Below are positions 53,593 through 64,000 of a stretch of DNA of 64,000 bases, piece by piece. How positions within the stretch are numbered: position 1 is the stretch's first letter; every line of letters starts with the position of its first letter. Made by a program: the position numbers and the translations under genes. The notes under the pieces were generated by a model. The model was not told the DNA's origin, searched no databases, and worked only from the letters and a program-made list of their open reading frames with translations. This DNA is from Haliotis rufescens (taxonomy: Eukaryota). The stretch is taken from positions 36,270,001-36,334,000 of the forward strand of contig NW_025963890.1 in assembly GCF_023055435.1 (NCBI RefSeq), given 5' to 3'.

Positions 53593-55060
53593 TTCCCAAG
53601 GTGCAAAGCTGTGTGCGCGTCGCACAACAAAACGATCAATAAAAGTTGCACGTTATTATTTTGCCGTAGTATCCAGCTGTAGGCACACCAGCTGTCGAGA
53701 TCAGAGCCACTTCATTGTCGGCAAATAATTGATCACTCCAAACTTTGAACAGAATTCAATAGGGCCAGGTACTCCACAAGGGCTAAGACTTCAGCATGGG
53801 CTATGCTGGTTTGTTCTGCACCACTGTGCTAAAACTGTGCAGGTAGAACTGCTCTTTGTTTGTTTCAAATATTGATCAATAAAGACTGTCAACAGTCAGA
53901 GATGGTGTATCAGAGATTGACGCCCTTCAGTTTCATACGACCAAGTCATCAGATTGTATGTCGGTCACACCAAATTATCTCTGAGAGGGAAATATGCACT
54001 ATAATTAGTCCTAACACCACGTGCCAGTTCTTAGTCTGTGCTAATCTGTTTCACGTACATATCTAGGATGCCTTACACACTGATTAGAACATGTGGCCTG
54101 AGCTGTAAGTCAAAGCAGTTAGTCACCAGCAACAATTCATACTGAAGAGTGCACCAACATGTCGTGTGGAGATTTGGTGACAGGTTACAGCCTTGAAACC
54201 ACTTATCACCATGGCACACCTCACAAAATGGAAGTCTTGCATAATTAATCACACTATCAGCCTTGTATATTACACTGGAGTGAGAGGTAATGACATCTGA
54301 TTAATACCAATAATCCATCAATCAAGCATACGTAAGCCCTAATCTGGACCACATCTTACAGATAATCTGTGCCTGTGTGTACTAACTCTGCTCACACCAT
54401 GAGGAGCACAGGGACCAGCCCCATGGGGGGTACACACATTACTGCAGTCATTGCATACTTGTGAGATGTAGAAAACTATCAACAGTTAATACTTTCAGTG
54501 ATCACTACAGGTGCTAACAAGGATGGAAGAAGAAGGAGCTTGAAAACCACATGTCATCTCCATCTTCATCGGGGATTTCATTCCCACATGGTTTGGTGGA
54601 TGAATATTTTATATTTGAAAATAGGAAATATGCCCCAGTTGCACATATCCTCTGAACTAGCTATTTGAAACGCTCAACTAGGTCAGCTCAAATATTATTG
54701 CTTGAGTTGTCAACCATGGCATATTCAATTACTTGTTGACTTGGAGACAAAGGGTTTGCACATCAAAATAGCTCACAATAAGATTCTAAACTTTGTCCTT
54801 CTCTTGCTGCTCCCGATGATACTAAAATGTTAGCTGGGTCACAATGACTTCATAAAACTTCAATTTAAATCAACATTTACTTTCCAAACAAACTTCAAAA
54901 CAAGTGATGACAGAGGTGTCCCTTCTTAAAGTTCAAATTCAATGTCAGAACAGGTCTGTCAGTCTACCCAATATTAGGCTACATGTACTTAAAATACTTT
55001 GTTGTGTGGATACAGACAATCCTAAAATAACTTTTCAGAGAGAAAAAATGGATTACTCAC

Positions 55061-55091
55061 CAAATCTGATGTGCAACACTGTGTCGTGCAT
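55061..55091 (-). CDS. Candidate alternative first coding exon, MHDTVLHIRF
   Basis: atcATG start, 31 nt (10 codons + 1), donor TTTG|gtgagt in phase 1. In-frame stop upstream. Confidence 0.5.
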
Positions 55092-58000
55092 GATTGCTTC
55101 CAAATATTCAACAAGTATCTCTGGGTATCACAAACTTTATCCACCAGGTGATCACAAGTACCCTTGACAAGCCCAAAATCACTGGTTGAAAGTGACACGG
55201 TGCATACGTTGCATGTGTTTGCGCATAAGCGACACAATATACATCTTTGTCCTCCCTTAGTGGGCAGTCATGCTGAGTTCACTACCCATGATTCATTTCC
55301 TTTCAATTAGTATCTTATTAGTTTCCTAATCCCCTGTCTACAAGTGAGAAATACTACAAACTTGACCTGAAAGGCATGTCAATTTCTGGTCAGTTGGAAA
55401 TGTGCAACACAATAGGGGAAATCAGTAACTTGTGATGTAAGAAAAACATGGGATTAATTGTATAGCTGTGATGCCCTGGGGAGCCAAGGTGTGGGGGAGG
55501 GGTGTGTGTGGTGGCATCCACTCAGCTAAGAAAACAACCAGTAGCCCTTACTAGCTAAATGAATAGCAGCTCTCAATGCAATAAAAGTTGCAGAACCAGC
55601 TAGGAATCCTGTCCTGCAATCAAATTAACGCCTTGTCACTCCAACCAGCTTGACAGCTACAGAGATTGAAATAGAATATAATTGTCATGATGTCTGCAGC
55701 AGTTAATGTGTCTGCAAGATCCTAAACACAAATAAATCAGCCTCACACCTGTGACTCCCTGGTATTGTGACTACTAAATTGTATTTTATATACCCCTGGT
55801 CATAGAGTTACTGTGCATGATGATATTTCGTTTCAATAGATTTTGTTTCTTGAAGGTAAACTAAACATGGCTCAAAGAAAAAAGTAATAATTAAGTCAAG
55901 TGTGTGTCAATATTTTGCCGTAAATGTAGCCTGAGAGAAGATTAGCTTTACTTAATTTTGAATGTAAGTCGGGTCAGTGCTACAATACTGTGAACACTGT
56001 ACACAGGTGTGTTCACGGGGAGAAGGAAGAGACTAGGTCATGGAACACTGATGTTTGCGACGTCATGGAGATATTAATATTTAAGCAAAAGCCTAATCTG
56101 GTGATATGCTCGTTCAACAGTTTCCTTAGATATTTTTGATATAAAATATATGTATAATTTTATCTGATACAATTATTTCTATCTACACACAAATTAATTT
56201 ATTGATTATAATCTATAGCATCTAAAATAGGCAAATCACGTTTCAAGCCATATTCAGTAACGTAAATCATGCCAAATTAGTTACATTACATTAACCTGGA
56301 GCAGGAATGATATTGTGAGCATCTATTAAAGCAAGATACATCAGAATCACAAATCAATCTGCAGAGAGACTTGGCATCATTAGCCAAACAATTAACAGAC
56401 ATGCCATACAACTATTAACACTTGGTAGGTATTGCAATACATGAAGGAGAGCATCCCTTGCAAGTCTGTACCCTTAGGCCATTAATTTTGTTCTTGTTGG
56501 TTTACAGATCAACTGACATGAAACTTAGAAAAATGAATATAACATCAAAATGATTTTTCTGTTATTTTTTTAATACTGTCAAATAATGGTATAATTTTTT
56601 TTAACAAAAATAAGTTAACATGAAATATATATGAAATTAGTTTTTGTGTTGAAAAGAGGATTCATTGAGAGATTCAAAATACATACAGAAGTATTAACTG
56701 CTAATTTTGAAGCGATGTCGACCGATTAAGATCTACTGCCCTTCAACACTATGACATATCTGGTTGTGCAGTAAAATTTAGGCAGGAAAATGGCAACATT
56801 CATGTGCCTTGTCAGTGTAGCTGAAGAGCATAAATGGAGGAATTTCCGACGCTGTTCAATTGGAGACAATTGTTTTTTTAAACCACTGACATTGCAAGAA
56901 CAAAACAAAATTCGAGCAAAATACAACAAAAAGTAAATTAAGCGCCTTATGGACCAACCTGCCATTTTTGTTACAGTGAGACTATTTTCACTCACTGCTT
57001 CAAGGAGATGTACAAAGAGGAGCAGAAGTGGTTTTGTACCAAAGAATTGTTTTGAACATTTTCTTTTTTTAAACATTTTTTTATACATTATGTACCTGAG
57101 CTGAATATGTCAACAGAATATGTGAACTTATCAACAGACAATTAGTTCAGCACACGTACACTAACACATGAACAATGTAAACACGACAGTAATAAAATTC
57201 ACAACATGCCTAAGTAAGAAAACAAATAACACATTGTAGACATTTCCAGCTAAAATATGTATAGACCAGAGTCAATATCTATATAAGCGTTAAATTCTTA
57301 AGAACGAAAATATAAATTGTAAACTAGTAACAACATCAGTAATATTTGCAGACATATCTTATGTATAAATCACTTACTTTTCTGTCTGATTTTCAGATTA
57401 CAACACAGCAAAACGTCCTCCAAAAACCAAATTGGACCTCGTTTGTTTAACTTGCACCAGTACTCCAAAGACAACCCAAAGCCGGTACGTCTACTCTCAA
57501 ATATGGGCAAAGCTACCTTTGCAATGACTAAATTTAGCCACAAATATTACCCGTTATTCATATTCTTTCATGGCATTGCAAACACCCACCACAAAGGTGG
57601 GGTCTTGGGTAAATATCTGAGCCCCGTCATTACATTGAGAAGTCAGAATCTGTCCCAACCTGACCGGCCTGCTTCTACCTGTTATTACTGTAGAATACAG
57701 GGTTATTGTCAGTCTCACAGGTGTACATTTCACCCTTCAATCGGCTTTAGCTCGCAACTCAAATCTTGAGTGACAACTTGCACGGTTGGTTCTGTTTGTG
57801 CTTTGGAGCAGAATATCAACATGCATTTGTGCATTTTCCCACCATTTCAAAAATTGTGTTTTCATATTCTGATAACTGGATGATAAAATTAATTGAATAT
57901 ATTTTAGTTCACTTTTACAATGAATTATTACTTTGAAAAGTTGACATTATCAATATTTTAAATGAGCTTTTTAGTTTGAATGTAAGGATTGGACAAGTTA

Positions 58001-58169
58001 AAGAAAAACATAAGGCTGTTTGCAAAAGTTAGTTTTAACTTAAGGTTAAATATATACAATCCATGCAAAATTAAGAAACTTTCTCATGTAAACATGGATG
58101 CTAGTTATGTCCATAGTCCATGATCACTTCCTATGTATTTCTCATCAACAGCTTATGAAAGGCAATTTA

Positions 58170-58336
58170 GTGAGTGAGTGAGCATGGTTTTACACCGCTT
58201 TTAGCAATATTCCAGCAATACCACGACAGGTGACACCAGTAATGGGCTTCACACATTGTAACCATGTCGGGAATCGAACCCGGTTCTTTTCAGCGTGACG
58301 AGCAAACGCTTTAACTACAAGGCTACCTGACCCCCC
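58170..58336 (-). mobile_element. SINE family A
   Basis: Full-length copy with a (GTGA)3 tail on the plus strand. Confidence 0.9.
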
Positions 58337-59708
58337 TGAAAGTCAATTTAAGTCAGTTCAAACATGGTTTCCCCTCCGGACCAATAATTACTGAGATTTT
58401 GCTGGCCATTTTATCACATAGTTCCCACAAATTAAAACAAAATTTGAAAGCTGTCTGCACTCACACTTTGTCTTGTGTCTCATAACAAGGCAGCTTTCAG
58501 ATAAATGTTTAAATAGCTAAGTGAGCACTAACTGTGAACGACAAATATTTTCACAAAACTATTTTGGTATCATGCATAATTTATGATTCAACTGACAGAA
58601 AAAGTTGTAAATTATGAAAGCATGTGCCATGACTATTGATTGTAAAAACACCTGGTAACCAGACTCGGTAGTAGGCAAGGTCACATGACAATAAATCCAT
58701 TTGGTCAACAAACGAGGGATCAGCATCACCCAGTTTCTCCAAGTAAAGATGAAAGGTACTCTTTTACACACAATCATCAAGATAAAGTGGGATCTTTATG
58801 AGAGACTGTTAATCTGGCAATTATTCATTTATCTTAATTGTGCAAGGATATGAAATGTTGAATATATAGATATTATATCCCTAAATAGATTTTAAATCCT
58901 TAAAGATTTATAGTACAAATTTGAAACATTATTATTATTATTATTATTATTATTAATTGCTTAAAAAACCCGATAACCGATATATTATTCCCAAGTTAGC
59001 AGATCAATGTGCATTTATTTGGCAGCTCCCTGGGGAGTATGCAGTCAATATCATTTCTGTTTCAGATGGACTTTAAATTTGAATATACAGTCAAGAATGC
59101 AAATTTCGAATATCTCAGTCAGGTATGCAAAATCTAGTATTGAATATATTGTATAATTCACAGCTGCAGCTGAATGCCATGAAGTCTGTTTCATATACTC
59201 ATGTAAGCAAATATGGATTTTTCTTTATAATGAAAAATCAGTTTGCCAAAGTTCATACAGATGTCGAAGACTCAAATGCAAGGCCTTTTCAAGGATTTTT
59301 CAGTTGGGCTATTAGCTTTAGTCTATCAATATATGACCTAAAAAGGCAGTTTGAACATCACAAATAACAAGATATATATATACAACCAACAAGTAAAATA
59401 AATTAAGTCTTTTATTAATATAAATACTTTCATAAACAAGTATAGATCTATGTCATTTTGCACAAATTCAAGACTTTTCAAGCTAATCAGTGATTTTGAT
59501 GGCTTTACAAGGTTGACACTAAAAAGCAAGGCTTTTCAAGAGGAGCCTCAAAATTACAAGTATTTTCAGTCCTGTATGAACCTTGGTTTGCCATCAACGT
59601 TAAATTCATTATATGGAATTCATTACTTATATGAAATTTACAGGATAATACTTAGCAAAGCAGTTAGACTTTCAAATAGTTCATTATAACTGTTGCTATT
59701 TTATAGCC

Positions 59709-59855
59709 ATGTGCTAGTGATGAGACTCTCCACCTTGATGCATGGTCCTGTGAATATACACACAGACTCTACAGGATGCATGCTGGTGATAGGACTCTCC
59801 ACCTTGATGCATGGTCCTGTGAATCTATACACACAGACTCTACAGGATACATGCT
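59709..59855. repeat. Tandem duplication, about 70 bp x 2
   Basis: GACTCTCCACCTTGATGCATGGTCCTGTGAAT starts at both 59724 and 59793. Confidence 0.85.
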
Positions 59856-60661
59856 GCTGTATCACAATAAAGGCGCATGTCTATTTCAACACAGCCGTCA
59901 TGTCTGACAAGTTACAAAGAAACAATCCTTTCATAGATTTACCTGAAGAGGAATCATTCTTTAAATACATTTGACTTTAATCCTTCTTTTTCAAATCAAA
60001 GAGAACACCCATCCCTTTCTACAGAAGGCTAGAAATCTTTTTTCCAGACAACGTTTGAATTTCATAAATGTGTTGGCAATTTAAACAATTATTCACATCG
60101 CTATTGACATGTCACGTTGTGTTGCGTAATCTCAGTTTACAGAGCATACATGTATGGATCAGTTAGACAGCGTTAAATGGGACTCAAGCCTGTACAGTCA
60201 GATATTGACGACTTTTCCAATGTGTGGATAATCTTTCTGCAACAGCAGGCATGGTGATAGATTTCCTGTCTAAATACTTTGGAATACTGATAGACATTCT
60301 GCTCAAACACACAATATAAACAGTCTGGAGATTTATCAGATTTTTCCCCTTCTTGATATACATTGATTTCTTTATAACACCCTACCTAATCACAGAGAAA
60401 TACAATGCAATGAGCCCTTAATGGATATTCAACGTAATTGTGAGGTAATTATTCTAAAAATATTTTCTGCTGCAAACTCCAGTCCACAGTTGAGGTTAAA
60501 AGAAAATATTCTTAAATTTTTGTAGTTTATCTAAAGGGAAATAATTCTGGTTCCAACTAAGAGTGTTCACCATTGTTTTTATGAAGTGTTGTAAGAAAAA
60601 AACATATCTATTGGAGATGCTGGGTTGCTATGGTGATAAATACATATAAAGTTTGAACATT

Positions 60662-60825
60662 AAATAATAACAATAATGTGTGTATTTATATTGCGCTAGA
60701 CTCCATACACAAGGCGAATGCTCAAAATGCTAATATTATTACCCCAGTCAATTGATCAGTGAGCACTGGAGTTTCATCTCAGCTCCCTGAGGAGTATACC
60801 GGTACAACCCAGGCTGTCTGAGACA
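60662..60825 (-). mobile_element. SINE family E fragment
   Basis: Same CTCCCTG.GGAGTATAC core. The minus strand ends ..TAGCGCAATATAAATAC..(ATT)n, like L2 tails. Confidence 0.7.
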
Positions 60826-61131
60826 CAAGGTTAACCTTTAGCCTGCTGAATTGCTTTCACACTTCTTAGCCCTGTCTGCTAGATTAACTTCAGCTTAAGT
60901 TACTGTAAAGAGGGTGGGTGATTCATTAAACAAGGGACATTTGAACTAATATTTTGCACATTAATACCTGATAGAAAAATACACATTGTCATTTAAAAAT
61001 ATCCTGACATTTTCAAACATACAGAGGTTAAGACCAAAGCGAACATAAAATTTGTAAATTTTCTTGAACTTAACTGAATTACATTAATGAAGATGTGTTT
61101 CATATTAGGAACATTCTTAAATCATTAAATT

Positions 61132-61378
61132 TGTCCGGACTGATGCAGATCTATAGTGTTAGCCCACTGAGATACCATGCCACAGTTTCACATGGATACC
61201 CTACTCAGACACAGTACACTGACTCCGAGCCGACCAGTCCTTGTTTAAGCCCCTTAATACCGAGCGCCAGACAGGGTAACAACAAGTACCATCTTTTAAT
61301 GTCTTTTGGTATGACCCTTCGCTCTCCGGGGGGGGGGGGGGGGGGTGTGCTCTACCACCTGACCCCACGGAGGCGGTC
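61132..61378 (-). mobile_element. SINE family C
   Basis: Shared body. A G18 run lies within the tRNA-like head. Confidence 0.82.
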
Positions 61379-61967
61379 GCTTACAACAAGGATACACAGA
61401 AAGGTTATGTTGATGAACCATGTATCTTGTACATAAATATATAAATACACCTGACTACACTCAACAAGCACAGACAAAGAGTACATGTTGATCTTGCACC
61501 GTCAAGGCTGTCACAAGAATTGAGCCCCAAAACACATGTCTACATACAGAGATGTAGCAGTTTTCTTCACACTGCATGTATTGTATAGAAATGTCATCAA
61601 TTGCATGATGAAACGTACACCTGTCAGTGGTGGGCCGCCAGTGTCAACATGCAGCCACCCTCTACTGTTGCAGCAAGTGCGCACTGTGAGTCAGGCTTGT
61701 ATCTACATGTGATGCTGATGAAAGGTGTCTCTTGTCACAAAACAACTGGCCCATATGTTAATAGAATGTGGGGATTTATTGTTATTTCTATGACTTTCTT
61801 TCCTATTTTATTTATAAAGCCTTTGGACAAGAAAATAATACACCCAAAGTCACTGAGTGCATTTCGTTTTCAGTCTGCCTGAATACACTGGAACATTTCT
61901 TTTTACTATCTACTGAAATAGAGGTATAAAGACATCCATTATGAAAAAGAATATACTTATCCCACAC

Positions 61968-62026
61968 AGTGAGTGAGTGAGTGAGTGAGTGAGTGAGTGA
62001 GTGAGTGAGTGAGTGAGTGAGTGAGT
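61968..62026. repeat. (GTGA)n microsatellite, the expanded tail of a SINE
   Basis: About 14 GTGA units directly adjacent to a degenerate family-A SINE body. Confidence 0.9.
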
Positions 62027-62131
62027 GTGTCTTCACACCGCCTTTGGCAATAGTACGAGAGAGGACATCAGAAACAGGCTTTACATGTGCAGCAGTGTAA
62101 GGCTTGAACCCAAACCTTCAGTGATTCTGAA

Positions 62132-62362
62132 GAGTGAGTGAGTTGGGTTTAATGCCGCTTTTAACAGTATTCCAGTTATATCACAGCGGGTCAGCTTAAT
62201 GTGGGAGGAAAGCCCAAAGTGATGCAGGTCTCAGACGTTTACCATTTCGGTGAAACCCACCAGCATGGGTATGGTGCTGACAAACCTAGAAACATAATCG
62301 GGGCGAACCGGAATTCGAACCCACAATCATAGGTTTCTGGCACGCCCAAGGGACGCAACTCT
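62132..62362 (-). mobile_element. SINE family D
   Basis: Homologous to 42485-42725. B box GGTTCGAATTCC on the minus strand. Confidence 0.85.
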
Positions 62363-62389
62363 GAAACAAAAGCGCCAAGGCATGTATGT

Positions 62390-62745
62390 CATACCCAGGT
62401 ACCCATAGTACTACCCAGACCTGTGGTTAGTCGCGTGATATAGTTTAATGAGAAAAGTCCACTAAAACTCCACAGTTACACAACAAGTCACTAATATTGA
62501 CATACTTTCTTTCTTACTATCCACATATTCCTTCTGACTTGTTTTATGTTAAAATAAAGTTTCAGTCAATGTCAGTGTATGCATGACCAGATTGTTTTCT
62601 ACTTGTATATGAATATGTGTTGCCAGGGCTCCGGTAAATTAATTCCCAGTGAACTTCTGTGTCCTATTGTGGGTATCCGGGTAGGGTAGGGTAGGGCTGT
62701 AGGGGTTGGGTATCCGGGTAGTAAATTTGGATTCACCCCAACACT
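62390..62745. mobile_element. Truncated copy of the hAT-like MITE
   Basis: Shares CAGTGTATGCATGAC.AGAT.GTTTT, TTGCCAGGGCT and GGGTA(C/T)CCGGGTAG with 1231-1635. Confidence 0.75.
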
Positions 62746-64000
62746 AATGCTGACCTATCAGATTTGATACTGGAGTGAAACTTTTCACCTTGGATACACT
62801 ACCAACATTTCCTGGCCTAGTTAAGCAATGTGCAATTTTTTATGACATCCTGTATTAAACATTAGCACACCAACTTGTTGAAAGAGGTATTAGATCACAT
62901 CTTCGAGGTGACACAACAAAAGGATCTTAGATAATTACATCATGAATACTGCTTTTAAAGACGTTAATGAAAGGCAAATCATTTCACCGCCAAAACGACA
63001 AAGATGAAATTTTTCTTGATCTGTGGTGAATTACTTCAAAAGTCTTCAACATCAAACAATCAGGATCAAAACATAAACTAACTCCCATTGCTTTAAAAAT
63101 CATGACCCTTTCAACTTTAAAACCATAAGACAGTGCAGGTGTCTGGCTTTGATGAAATGTGATGACGTGATGGTGACAACATATCAACTCCCAAAGGCCT
63201 TCATGCACACTACCCAAATGACCTGAAATGTACTTGACTGTGACAAGCATGTCAATTTCGGTGCAGCAACAGCTTCTTAGTAACATCCGACAATCAAATC
63301 TCCACAATAGGTCCTATTATCAACATTTCCCTTTTATTCAGAGCATGACCTAATGGTAACGTCACCCTCTTTGACAAACAATTTTTTGCATATTAAAAAC
63401 CAGTCTAGTTCTGTTTAACGAGACAAATATTGACAAGGCAGAGCACAGTTATCCAGCGAATTTCCAGTTGGCATTACCTGTCGTTCTTCATAAGCGGTAC
63501 TAATCTCCCCAAATGATGGCAGCTAAATGCTTAAACCTCTGTTCTATATTTGATCCTGCTTCCAAATTGCACATGCCTTTAACAGAGACATTCATTTCTA
63601 TGGAATGTTGCACCTTGCAAAAATACAGCTGGCAAATGCCTATCACACATAAAGACAGTAACACCAAAATCCGGGGCTTTCTAATTCCTGGCCTATAATA
63701 TTAACCATGTCTGAAAAATATTGGAAACTTAATAATGACTGGAAGAAGCACAATTTCTCATACATTCATCTTGATATGATGGCACATGAATACCACAGCT
63801 ATATTCATTATCCAATTCATCCTTATAATCAGTTCAAAAATAAAAATTTCTCAAGGATATCTATGTGTAATATAGAATATAAAATAAAATATGTATCAAG
63901 GCCAGAGGACATACAGTCCCAATCATCTGCCAAAACAGATTCCATTGGGCCTAAAAGGCAGAACAGTGGTGCAAATGACATGAATGGACCACTAAAAACC

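Noticed and set aside
1431-61694. Scattered AP-1 (TGAGTCA) and E-box (CACCTG) motifs
   Set aside because: Counts are not clearly above what the base composition would give.

Overview
AT-rich, repeat-dense animal genomic DNA. The tRNA-derived SINE families suggest a mollusc, probably a gastropod such as abalone (inferred, not verified). One protein-coding gene is supported, on the minus strand. It has three splice-consistent common exons (13659-13007, 8800-7620, 5552-5411) encoding 658 aa of charged, low-complexity protein with seven copies of an E[ST]xIxxE[IL]RxxxERExEL motif and a C-terminal QWEQ, resembling the AKAP2/MISP family. Its 3' UTR is probably about 3.3 kb. The first common exon begins in phase 1 with no start codon. 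Between 20 and 42 kb upstream there are at least four short ATG-initiated mini-exons, each ending in a strong phase-1 donor, consistent with an array of alternative promoters and N-termini. The rest is intronic: six large minisatellites (41, 61, 42, 26, 26 and 34 bp units) that explain all the very long ORFs in the track, five SINE families, and several MITEs, two of them nested in SINEs with readable target-site duplications. No prokaryotic features and no CRISPR array.
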